64,000 nt of DNA from the human T2T-CHM13v2.0 reference genome, Homo sapiens. Each line of letters begins with the position of its first letter. Within the stretch, counting starts at the first letter, position 1. Shown here in pieces: positions 1-11,500 of the stretch. Under the pieces are notes generated by a model. That model was not told the DNA's origin. It saw only the letters and a list, made by a program, of their open reading frames with translations, and made no database searches. The stretch lies in assembly GCF_009914755.1 (NCBI RefSeq), contig NC_060941.1. One strand, given 5' to 3'. The translations under genes were made by a program, and so were the position numbers.

Positions 1-175
1 AGGCCTATGGTAGTAAAGGAAATAGCTTCATATAAAAGCTAGGCAGTAGCATTCACAGAAAACTCTTGGTGACGACTGAGTTTAACTCACAGAGCTGAAC
101 ATTCCTTTGGATGGAGCAGTTTCGAAACACACTATTTGTAGAATGTGCAAGTGGATATTTAGGACTCTCTGAGGA

Positions 176-192
176 TTTCGTTGGAAACGGGA
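176..192 (+). promoter_or_regulatory. CENP-B box, intact (recurs in every HOR)
   Basis: TTTCGTTGGAAACGGGA matches NTTCGNNNNANNCGGGN. Confidence 0.95.
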
Positions 193-342
193 TAAACCGC
201 ACAGAACTAAACAGAAGCATTCTCAGAACCTTCTTCGTGATGTTTGCATTCAACTCACAGTGTTGAACCTTTCTTTGATAGTTCAGGTTTGAAACGGTCT
301 TTCTGTAGAAACTGCAAGTAGATATTTGGACCGCTCTGAGGA

Positions 343-359
343 TTTCGTTGGAAACGGGA
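343..359 (+). promoter_or_regulatory. CENP-B box, intact (recurs in every HOR)
   Basis: TTTCGTTGGAAACGGGA. Confidence 0.95.
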
Positions 360-510
360 TAACCCGCACAGAACTAAAACAGAAGCATTCTCAGAACCCT
401 CTTCGTGATGTTTGCATTCAACTCACAGTGCTGAACCTTTCTTTGATAGTTCAGCTTTGAAACACTCTTTTTGTAGAAACTGCAAGTGGATATTTGGTCC
501 TCTCTGAGCA

Positions 511-527
511 TTTCGTTGGAAACGGGA
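511..527 (+). promoter_or_regulatory. CENP-B box, intact (mutated in copies 7 and 8; duplicated in copy 20)
   Basis: TTTCGTTGGAAACGGGA. Confidence 0.95.
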
Positions 528-847
528 TAAACTGCACAGAACTAAACAGAAGCATTCTCAGAACCTTCTTCGTGATGTCTGCATTCAACTCACAGTGTGG
601 AACCTTTCTTTGATAGTTCAGGTTTGAAACACTCTTTTTGTAGAAACTGCAAGGGGATAATTGCACTCTTTGAGGAGTACCGTAGTAAAGGAAATAACTT
701 CCTATAAAAAGAAGACAGAAGCTTTCTCAGAAAATTCTTTGGGATGATTGAGTTGAACTCACAGAGCTGAGCATTCCTTGCGATGTAGCAGTTTAGAAAC
801 ACACTTTCTGCAGAATCTGCAAGTGCATATTTGGACCTCTGTGAGGA

Positions 848-864
848 ATTCGTTGGAAACGGGA
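848..864 (+). promoter_or_regulatory. CENP-B box, intact, overlapping the HOR-defining EcoRI site (846-851)
   Basis: ATTCGTTGGAAACGGGA; all 9 core positions are present. Confidence 0.92.
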
Positions 865-1013
865 TAATTTCAGCTGACTAAACAGAAGCAGTCTCAGAAT
901 CTTCTTTGTGATGTTTGCATTCAAATCCCCGAGTTGAACTTTCCTTTCAAAGTTCACGTTTGAAACACTCTTTTTGCAGGATCTACAAGTGGATATTTGG
1001 ACCACTCTGTGTC

Positions 1014-1030
1014 CTTCGTTCGAAACGGGT
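1014..1030 (+). promoter_or_regulatory. CENP-B box, intact core (TTCGTTCGAA variant)
   Basis: CTTCGTTCGAAACGGGT; the 9 core positions are retained and there is an extra CpG. Confidence 0.9.
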
Positions 1031-1184
1031 ATATCTTCACATGACATCTAGACAGAAGCATCCTCAGAAGCTTCTCTGTGATGACTGCATTCAACTCACG
1101 GAGTTGAACACTCCTTTTGAGAGCGCAGTTTTGAAACTCTCTTTCTGTGGCATCTGCAAGGGGACATGTAGACCTCTTTGAAGA

Positions 1185-1201
1185 TTTCGTTGGAAACGGA
1201 A
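1185..1201 (+). promoter_or_regulatory. Degenerate CENP-B box (CGGA instead of CGGG)
   Basis: TTTCGTTGGAAACGGAA; core position 16 is G>A in all copies inspected. Confidence 0.8.
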
Positions 1202-1697
1202 TCATCTTCACATAAAAACTACACAGATGCATTCTCAGGAACTTTTTGGTGATGTTTGTATTCAACTCCCAGAGTTGAACTTTCCTTTGGAAAGAGCAGC
1301 TATGAAACACTCTTTTTCTAGAATCTGCAAGTGGACGTTTGGAGGGCTTTGTGGTTTGTGGTGGAAAAGGAAATATCTTCACCTAAATACTAGATAGAAG
1401 CATTCTCAGAAACTGCTTTGTGATGATTGCATTCACCTCACAGAGTTGAACATTCCTATTGATAGAGCAGTTTGGAAACACTCTTGTTGTGGAATGTGCA
1501 AGTGGAGATTTGGAGCGCTTTGAGGCCTATGGTAGTAAAGGGAATAGCTTCATAGAAAAACTAGACAGAAGCATTCTCAGAAAATACTTTGTGATGATTG
1601 AGTTTAACTCACAGAGCTGAACATTCCTTTGGATGGAGCAGGTTTGAGACACACTTTTTGTAGAATCTACAAGTGGATATTTGGACCTCTCTGAGGA

Positions 1698-1714
1698 TTT
1701 CGTTGGAAACGGGA
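1698..1714 (+). promoter_or_regulatory. CENP-B box, intact
   Basis: TTTCGTTGGAAACGGGA. Confidence 0.95.
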
Positions 1715-1863
1715 TAACTGCACCTAACTAAACGGAAGCATTCTCAGAAACTTCTTGGTGATGTTTGCATTCAAATCCCAGAGTTGAACCTTCCTTTGAT
1801 AGTTCAGGTTTGAAACACTCTTTTTGTAGGATCTGCAAGTGGATATTTGGACCACTCTGTGGC

Positions 1864-1880
1864 CTTCGTTCGAAACGGGT
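1864..1880 (+). promoter_or_regulatory. CENP-B box, intact core (TTCGTTCGAA variant)
   Basis: CTTCGTTCGAAACGGGT; pentamer paralog of the box at 1014, 850 bp away. Confidence 0.9.
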
Positions 1881-2034
1881 ATATCTTCGCATAAAATCTA
1901 GACAGAAGCCTTCTCAGAAACTTCTCTGTGATGATTGCATTCAACTCACAGAGTTGAACCCTCCTATGGATAGAGCAGTGTTGAAACTCTCTTTTTGTGG
2001 AATCTGCAAGTGGATATGTGGACCTCTCCGAAGA

Positions 2035-2051
2035 TGTCTTTGGAAACGGGA
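2035..2051 (+). promoter_or_regulatory. Degenerate CENP-B box (TTCG lost)
   Basis: TGTCTTTGGAAACGGGA; two core mismatches. Confidence 0.75.
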
Positions 2052-2377
2052 ATATCTTCACATAAAAACTAAACAGAAGCATTCTCAGAAACTTCTCTGT
2101 GATGTTTGTGTTCAACTCCCAGAGTTTCACATTGCTTTTCATAGAGTAGTTCTGAAACATGCTTTTCGTAGTGTCTACAAGTGGACATTTGGAGCGCTTT
2201 CAGGCCTGTGGTGGAAAACGAATTATGGTCACATAAAAACTGGAGAGAAGCATTGTCAGAAACTTCTTTGTGATGATTGCATTCAACTCACAGAGTTGAA
2301 GGTTCCTTTTCAAAGAGCAGTTTCCAATCACTCTTTGTGTGGAATCTGCAAGTGGATATTTGGACCTATTTTGAAGA

Positions 2378-2394
2378 TTTCGTTGGAAACGGGA
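2378..2394 (+). promoter_or_regulatory. CENP-B box, intact
   Basis: TTTCGTTGGAAACGGGA. Confidence 0.95.
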
Positions 2395-2548
2395 GAATCT
2401 TCACAGGAAAGCTAAACAGAAGCATTCTCAGAAACTTCTTTGTGATGCTTGCATTCAACTCACAGAGTTGAACTTTCCTTTCGAGAGAGAAGCTTTGAAA
2501 CACTCTTTTTCCAGAATCTGCAAGTGGACATTTGGAGGGCTTTGAGGC

Positions 2549-2565
2549 CTGTGGTGGAAAAGGAA
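2549..2565 (+). other. A-type monomer box (pJalpha-like motif at the CENP-B box position); related motifs at 5-21, 677-693, 1356-1372, 1527-1543 and 2206-2222
   Basis: CTGTGGTGGAAAAGGAA sits 171 bp downstream of the CENP-B box at 2378. Six of the 16 monomers carry this A-type motif instead of a B box. Confidence 0.75.
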
Positions 2566-5500
2566 TTATCTTCCCGTAAAAGCTAGATAGAAGCATTCTC
2601 AGAAACTACTTTGTGATGATTGCATTCAAGTCACAGAGTTGAACATTCCCTTTGACAGAGCAGTTTGGAAACTCTCTTTGTGTAGAATCTGCAAGTGGAG
2701 ATATGGACCGCTTTGAGGCCTATGGTAGTAAAGGAAATAGCTTCATATAAAAGCTAGGCAGTAGCATTCACAGAAAACTCTTGGTGACGACTGAGTTTAA
2801 CTCACAGAGCTGAACATTCCTTTGGATGGAGCAGTTTCGAAACACACTATTTGTAGAATGTGCAAGTGGATATTTAGGACTCTCTGAGGATTTCGTTGGA
2901 AACGGGATAAACCGCACAGAACTAAACAGAAGCATTCTCAGAACCTTCTTCGTGATGTTTGCATTCAACTCACAGTGTTGAACCTTTCTTTGATAGTTCA
3001 GGTTTGAAACGGTCTTTCTGTAGAAACTGCAAGTAGATATTTGGACCGCTGTGAGGATTTCGTTGGAAACGGGATAACCCGCACAGAACTAAAACAGAAG
3101 CATTCTCAGAACCCTCTTCGTGATGTTTGCATTCAACTCACAGTGCTGAACCTTTCTTTGATAGTTCAGCTTTGAAACACTCTTTTTGTAGAAACTGCAA
3201 GTGGATATTTGGTCCTCTCTGAGCATTTCGTTGGAAACGGGATAAACTGCACAGAACTAAACAGAAGCATTCTCAGAACCTTCTTCGTGATGTCTGCATT
3301 CAACTCACAGTGTGGAACCTTTCTTTGATAGTTCAGGTTTGAAACACTCTTTTTGTAGAAACTGCAAGGGGATAATTGCACTCTTTGAGGAGTACCGTAG
3401 TAAAGGAAATAACTTCCTATAAAAAGAAGACAGAAGCTTTCTCAGAAAATTCTTTGGGATGATTGAGTTGAACTCACAGAGCTGAGCATTCCTTGCGATG
3501 TAGCAGTTTAGAAACACACTTTCTGCAGAATCTGCAAGTGCATATTTGGACCTCTGTGAGGAATTCGTTGGAAACGGGATAATTTCAGCTGACTAAACAG
3601 AAGCAGTCTCAGAATCTTCTTTGTGATGTTTGCATTCAAATCCCCGAGTTGAACTTTCCTTTCAAAGTTCACGTTTGAAACACTCTTTTTGCAGGATCTA
3701 CAAGTGGATATTTGGACCACTCTGTGTCCTTCGTTCGAAACGGGTATATCTTCACATGACATCTAGACAGAAGCATCCTCAGAAGCTTCTCTGTGATGAC
3801 TGCATTCAACTCACGGAGTTGAACACTCCTTTTGAGAGCGCAGTTTTGAAACTCTCTTTCTGTGGCATCTGCAAGGGGACATGTAGACCTCTTTGAAGAT
3901 TTCGTTGGAAACGGAATCATCTTCACATAAAAACTACACAGATGCATTCTCAGGAACTTTTTGGTGATGTTTGTATTCAACTCCCAGAGTTGAACTTTCC
4001 TTTGGAAAGAGCAGCTATGAAACACTCTTTTTCTAGAATCTGCAAGTGGACGTTTGGAGGGCTTTGTGGTTTGTGGTGGAAAAGGAAATATCTTCACCTA
4101 AATACTAGATAGAAGCATTCTCAGAAACTGCTTTGTGATGATTGCATTCACCTCACAGAGTTGAACATTCCTATTGATAGAGCAGTTTGGAAACACTCTT
4201 GTTGTGGAATGTGCAAGTGGAGATTTGGAGCGCTTTGAGGCCTATGGTAGTAAAGGGAATAGCTTCATAGAAAAACTAGACAGAAGCATTCTCAGAAAAT
4301 ACTTTGTGATGATTGAGTTTAACTCACAGAGCTGAACATTCCTTTGGATGGAGCAGGTTTGAGACACACTTTTTGTAGAATCTACAAGTGGATATTTGGA
4401 CCTCTCTGAGGATTTCGTTGGAAACGGGATAACTGCACCTAACTAAACGGAAGCATTCTCAGAAACTTCTTGGTGATGTTTGCATTCAAATCCCAGAGTT
4501 GAACCTTCCTTTGATAGTTCAGGTTTGAAACACTCTTTTTGTAGGATCTGCAAGTGGATATTTGGACCACTCTGTGGCCTTCGTTCGAAACGGGTATATC
4601 TTCGCATAAAATCTAGACAGAAGCCTTCTCAGAAACTTCTCTGTGATGATTGCATTCAACTCACAGAGTTGAACCCTCCTATGGATAGAGCAGTGTTGAA
4701 ACTCTCTTTTTGTGGAATCTGCAAGTGGATATGTGGACCTCTCCGAAGATGTCTTTGGAAACGGGAATATCTTCACATAAAAACTAAACAGAAGCATTCT
4801 CAGAAACTTCTCTGTGATGTTTGTGTTCAACTCCCAGAGTTTCACATTGCTTTTCATAGAGTAGTTCTGAAACATGCTTTTCGTAGTGTCTACAAGTGGA
4901 CATTTGGAGCGCTTTCAGGCCTGTGGTGGAAAACGAATTATGGTCACATAAAAACTGGAGAGAAGCATTGTCAGAAACTTCTTTGTGATGATTGCATTCA
5001 ACTCACAGAGTTGAAGGTTCCTTTTCAAAGAGCAGTTTCCAATCACTCTTTCTGTGGAATCTGCAAGTGGATATTTGGACCTATTTTGAAGATTTCGTTG
5101 GAAACGGGAGAATCTTCACAGGAAAGCTAAACAGAAGCATTCTCAGAAACTTCTTTGTGATGCTTGCATTCAACTCACAGAGTTGAACTTTCCTTTCGAG
5201 AGAGAAGCTTTGAAACACTCTTTTTCCAGAATCTGCAAGTGGACATTTGGAGGGCTTTGAGGCCTGTGGTGGAAAAGGAATTATCTTCCCGTAAAAGCTA
5301 GATAGAAGCATTCTCAGAAACTACTTTGTGATGATTGCATTCAAGTCACAGAGTTGAACATTCCCTTTGACAGAGCAGTTTGGAAACTCTCTTTGTGTAG
5401 AATCTGCAAGTGGAGATATGGACCGCTTTGAGGCCTATGGTAGTAAAGGAAATAGCTTCATATAAAAGCTAGACAGTAGCATTCACAGAAAACTCTTGGT

Positions 5501-8500
5501 GACGACTGAGTTTAACTCACAGAGCTGAACATTCCTTTGGATGGAGCAGTTTCGAAACACACTATTTGTAGAATGTGCAAGTGGATATTTAAGCCTCTCT
5601 GAGGATTTCGTTGGAAACGGGATAAACCGCACAGAACTAAACAGAAGCATTCTCAGAACCTTCTTCGTGATGTTTGCATTCAACTCACAGTGTTGAACCT
5701 TTCTTTGATAGTTCAGGTTTGAAACGGTCTTTCTGTAGAAACTGCAAGTAGATATTTGGACCGCTCTGAGGATTTCGTTGGAAACGGGATAACCCGCACA
5801 GAACTAAAACAGAAGCATTCTCAGAACCCTCTTCGTGATGTTTGCATTCAACTCACAGTGCTGAACCTTTCTTTGATAGTTCAGCTTTGAAACACTCTTT
5901 TTGTAGAAACTGCAAGTGGATATTTGGTCCTCTCTGAGCATTTCGTTGGAAACGGGATAAACTGCACAGAACTAAACAGAAGCATTCTCAGAACCTTCTT
6001 CGTGATGTCTGCATTCAACTCACAGTGTGGAACCTTTCTTTGACAGTTCAGGTTTGAAACACTCTTTTTGTAGAAACTGCAAGGGGATAATTGCACTCTT
6101 TGAGGAGTACCGTAGTAAAGGAAATAACTTCCTATAAAAAGAAGACAGAAGCTTTCTCAGAAAATTCTTTGGGATGATTGAGTTGAACTCACAGAGCTGA
6201 GCATTCCTTGCGATGTAGCAGTTTAGAAACACACTTTCTGCAGAATCTGCAAGTGCATATTTGGACCTCTGTGAGGAATTCGTTGGAAACGGGATAATTT
6301 CAGCTGACTAAACAGAAGCAGTCTCAGAATCTTCTTGGTGATGTTTGCATTCAAATCCCCGAGTTGAACTTTCCTTTCAAAGTTCACGTTTGAAACACTC
6401 TTTTTGCAGGATCTACAAGTGGATATTTGGACCACTCTGTGTCCTTCGTTCGAAACGGGTATATCTTCACATGACATCTAGACAGAAGCATCCTCAGAAG
6501 CTTCTCTGTGATGACTGCATTCAACTCACGGAGTTGAACACTCCTTTTGAGAGCGCAGTTTTGAAACTCTCTTTCTGTGGCATCTGCAAGGGGACATGTA
6601 GACCTCTTTGAAGATTTCGTTGGAAACGGAATCATCTTCACATAAAAACTACACAGATGCATTCTCAGGAACTTTTTGGTGATGTTTGTATTCAACTCCC
6701 AGAGTTGAACTTTCCTTTGGAAAGAGCAGCTATGAAACACTCTTTTTCTAGAATCTGCAAGTGGACGTTTGGAGGGCTTTGTGGTTTGTGGTGGAAAAGG
6801 AAATATCTTCACCTAAATACTACATAGAAGCATTCTCAGAAACTGCTTTGTGATGATTGCATTCACCTCACAGAGTTGAACATTCCTATTGATAGAGCAG
6901 TTTGGAAACACTCTTGTTGTGGAATGTGCAAGTGGAGATTTGGAGCGCTTTGAGGCCTATGGTAGTAAAGGGAATAGCTTCATAGAAAAACTAGACAGAA
7001 GCATTCTCAGAAAATACTTTGTGATGATTGAGTTTAACTCACAGAGCTGAACATTCCTTTGGATGGAGCAGGTTTGAGACACACTTTTTGTAGAATCTAC
7101 AAGTGGATATTTGGACCTCTCTGAGGATTTCGTTGGAAACGGGATAACTGCACCTAACTAAACGGAAGCATTCTCAGAAACTTCTTGGTGATGTTTGCAT
7201 TCAAATCCCAGAGTTGAACCTTCCTTTGATAGTTCAGGTTTGAAACACTCTTTTTGTAGGATCTGCAAGTGGATATTTGGACCACTCTGTGGCCTTCGTT
7301 CGAAACGGGTATATCTTCGCATAAAATCTAGACAGAAGCCTTCTCAGAAACTTCTCTGTGATGATTGCATTCAACTCACAGAGTTGAACCCTCCTATGGA
7401 TAGAGCAGTGTTGAAACTCTCTTTTTGTGGAATCTGCAAGTGGATATGTGGACCTCTCCGAAGATGTCTTTGGAAACGGGAATATCTTCACATAAAAACT
7501 AAACAGAAGCATTCTCAGAAACTTCTCTGTGATGTTTGTGTTCAACTCCCAGAGTTTCACATTGCTTTTCATAGAGTAGTTCTGAAACATGCTTTTCGTA
7601 GTGTCTACAAGTGGACATTTGGAGCGCTTTCAGGCCTGTGGTGGAAAACGAATTATGGTCACATAAAAACTGGAGAGAAGCATTGTCAGAAACTTCTTTG
7701 TGATGATTGCATTCAACTCACAGAGTTGAAGGTTCCTTTTCAAAGAGCAGTTTCCAATCACTCTTTCTGTGGAATCTGCAAGTGGATATTTGGACCTATT
7801 TTGAAGATTTCGTTGGAAACGGGAGAATCTTCACAGGAAAGCTAAACAGAAGCATTCTCAGAAACTTCTTTGTGATGCTTGCATTCAACTCACAGAGTTG
7901 AACTTTCCTTTCGAGAGAGAAGCTTTGAAACACTCTTTTTCCAGAATCTGCAAGTGGACATTTGGAGGGCTTTGAGGCCTGTGGTGGAAAAGGAATTATC
8001 TTCCCGTAAAAGCTAGATAGAAGCATTCTCAGAAACTACTTTGTGATGATTGCATTCAAGTCACAGAGTTGAACATTCCCTTTGACAGAGCAGTTTGGAA
8101 ACTCTCTTTGTGTAGAATCTGCAAGTGGAGATATGGACCGCTTTGAGGCCTATGGTAGTAAAGGAAATAGCTTCATATAAAAGCTAGACAGTAGCATTCA
8201 CAGAAAACTCTTGGTGACGACTGAGTTTAACTCACAGAGCTGAACATTCCTTTGGATGGAGCAGTTTCGAAACACACTATTTGTAGAATGTGCAAGTGGA
8301 TATTTAGGCCTCTCTGAGGATTTCGTTGGAAACGGGATAAACCGCACAGAACTAAACAGAAGCATTCTCAGAACCTTCTTCGTGATGTTTGCATTCAACT
8401 CACAGTGTTGAACCTTTCTTTGATAGTTCAGGTTTGAAACGGTCTTTCTGTAGAAACTGCAAGTAGATATTTGGACCTCTCTGAGGATTTCGTTGGAAAC

Positions 8501-11500
8501 GGGATAACCCGCACAGAACTAAAACAGAAGCATTCTCAGAACCCTCTTCGTGATGTTTGCATTCAACTCACAGTGCTGAACCATTCTTTGATAGTCCAGC
8601 TTTGAAACACTCTTTTTGTAGAAACTGCAAGTGGATATTTGGTCCTCTCTGAGCATTTCGTTGGAAACGGGATAAACTGCACAGACCTAAACAGAAGCAT
8701 TCTCAGAACCTTCTTCGTGATGTCTGCATTCAACTCACAGTGTGGAACCTTTCTTTGATAGTTCAGGTTTGAAACACTCTTTTTGTAGAAACTGCAAGGG
8801 GATAATTGCACTCTTTGAGGAGTACCGTAGTAAAGGAAATAACTTCCTATAAAAAGAAGACAGAAGCTTTCTCAGAAAATTCTTTGGGATGATTGAGTTG
8901 AACTCACAGAGCTGAGCATTCCTTGCGATGTAGCAGTTTAGAAACACACTTTCTGCAGAATCTGCAAGTGCATATTTGGACCTCTGTGAGGAATTCGTTG
9001 GAAACGGGATAATTTCAGCTGACTAAACAGAAGCAGTCTCAGAATCTTCTTTGTGATGTTTGCATTCAAATCCCCGAGTTGAACTTTCCTTTCAAAGTTC
9101 ACGTTTGAAACACTCTTTTTGCAGGATCTACAAGTGGATATTTGGACCACTCTGTGTCCTTCGTTCGAAACGGGTATATCTTCACATGACATCTAGACAG
9201 AAGCATCCTCAGAAGCTTCTCTGTGATGACTGCATTCAACTCACGGAGTTGAACACTCCTTTTGAGAGCGCAGTTTTGAAACTCTCTTTCTGTGGCATCT
9301 GCAAGGGGACATGTAGACCTCTTTGAAGATTTCGTTGGAAACGGAATCATCTTCACATAAAAACTACACAGATGCATTCTCAGGAACTTTTTGGTGATGT
9401 TTGTATTCAACTCCCAGAGTTGAACTTTCCTTTGGAAAGAGCAGCTATGAAACACTGTTTTTCTAGAATCTGCAAGTGGACGTTTGGAGGGCTTTGTGGT
9501 TTGTGGTGGAAAAGGAAATATCTTCACCTAAATACTAGATAGAAGCATTCTCAGAAACTGCTTTGTGATGATTGCATTCACCTCACAGAGTTGAACATTC
9601 CTATTGATAGAGCAGTTTGGAAACACTCTTGTTGTGGAATGTGCAAGTGGAGATTTGGAGCGCTTTGAGGCCTATGGTAGTAAAGGGAATAGCTTCATAG
9701 AAAAACTAGACAGAAGCATTCTCAGAAAATACTTTGTGATGATTGAGTTTAACTCACAGAGCTGAACATTCCTTTGGATGGAGCAGGTTTGAGACACACT
9801 TTTTGTAGAATCTACAAGTGGATATTTGGACCTCTCTGAGGATTTCGTTGGAAACGGGATAACTGCACCTAACTAAACGGAAGCATTCTCAGAAACTTCT
9901 TGGTGATGTTTGCATTCAAATCCCAGAGTTGAACCTTCCTTTGATAGTTCAGGTTTGAAACACTCTTTTTGTAGGATCTGCAAGTGGATATTTGGACCAC
10001 TCTGTGGCCTTCGTTCGAAACGGGTATATCTTCGCATAAAATCTAGACAGAAGCCTTCTCAGAAACTTCTCTGTGATGATTGCATTCAACTCACAGAGTT
10101 GAACCCTCCTATGGATAGAGCAGTGTTGAAACTCTCTTTTTGTGGAATCTGCAAGTGGATATGTGGACCTCTCCGAAGATGTCTTTGGAAACGGGAATAT
10201 CTTCACATAAAAACTAAACAGAAGCATTCTCAGAAACTTCTCTGTGATGTTTGTGTTCAACTCCCAGAGTTTCACATTGCTTTTCATAGAGTAGTTCTGA
10301 AACATGCTTTTCGTAGTGTCTACAAGTGGACATTTGGAGCGCTTTCAGGCCTGTGGTGGAAAACGAATTATGGTCACATAAAAACTGGAGAGAAGCATTG
10401 TCAGAAACTTCTTTGTGATGATTGCATTCAACTCACAGAGTTGAAGGTTCCTTTTCAAAGAGCAGTTTCCAATCACTCTTTGTGTGGAATCTGCAAGTGG
10501 ATATTTGGACCTATTTTGAAGATTTCGTTGGAAACGGGAGAATCTTCACAGGAAAGCTAAACAGAAGCATTCTCAGAAACTTCTTTGTGATGCTTGCATT
10601 CAACTCACAGAGTTGAACTTTCCTTTCGAGAGAGAAGCTTTGAAACACTCTTTTTCCAGAATCTGCAAGTGGACATTTGGAGGGCTTTGAGGCCTGTGGT
10701 GGAAAAGGAATTATCTTCCCGTAAAAGCTAGATAGAAGCATTCTCAGAAACTACTTTGTGATGATTGCATTCAAGTCACAGAGTTGAACATTCCCTTTGA
10801 CAGAGCAGTTTGGAAACTCTCTTTGTGTAGAATCTGCAAGTGGAGATATGGACCGCTTTGAGGCCTATGGTAGTAAAGGAAATAGCTTCATATAAAAGCT
10901 AGACAGTAGCATTCACAGAAAACTCTTGGTGACGACTGAGTTTAACTCACAGAGCTGAACATTCCTTTGGATGGAGCAGTTTCGAAACACACTATTTGTA
11001 GAATGTGCAAGTGGATATTTAGGCCTCTCTGAGGATTTCGTTGGAAACGGGATAAACCGCACAGAACTAAACAGAAGCATTCTCAGAACCTTCTTCGTGA
11101 TGTTTGCATTCAACTCACAGTGTTGAACCTTTCTTTGATAGTTCAGGTTTGAAACGGTCTTTCTGTAGAAACTGCAAGTAGATATTTGGACCGCTCTGAG
11201 GATTTCGTTGGAAACGGGATAACCCGCACAGAACTAAAACAGAAGCATTCTCAGAACCCTCTTCGTGATGTTTGCATTCAACTCACAGTGCTGAACCATT
11301 CTTTGATAGTTCAGCTTTGAAACACTCTTTTTGTAGAAACTGCAAGTGGATATTTGGTCCTCTCTGAGCATTTCGTTGGAAACGGGATAAACTGCACAGA
11401 CCTAAACAGAAGCATTCTCAGAACCTTCTTCGTGATGTCTGCATTCAACTCACAGTGTGGAACCTTTCTTTGATAGTTCAGGTTTGAAACACTCTTTTTG

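Noticed and set aside
30-36. TATA-like ATATAAA (also CTATAAAA near 702)
   Set aside because: This is an ordinary A-rich tract of alphoid monomers; the sequence alone gives no support for a promoter.
176-2394. Regularly spaced conserved 17-bp motifs resembling CRISPR direct repeats
   Set aside because: These are CENP-B boxes. The intervening sequences are homologous monomers of about 150 bp, not unique spacers, and there are no cas genes.
1765-2415. 216-aa plus-strand ORF repeated in every HOR, Cys/His-rich and superficially zinc-finger-like
   Set aside because: It is a translation of alpha-satellite monomers (171 bp = 57 codons keeps the frame, giving the internal repeats). It starts at TTG rather than ATG, has no promoter or splice context and no real C2H2 spacing. 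Its conservation reflects array homogenisation.
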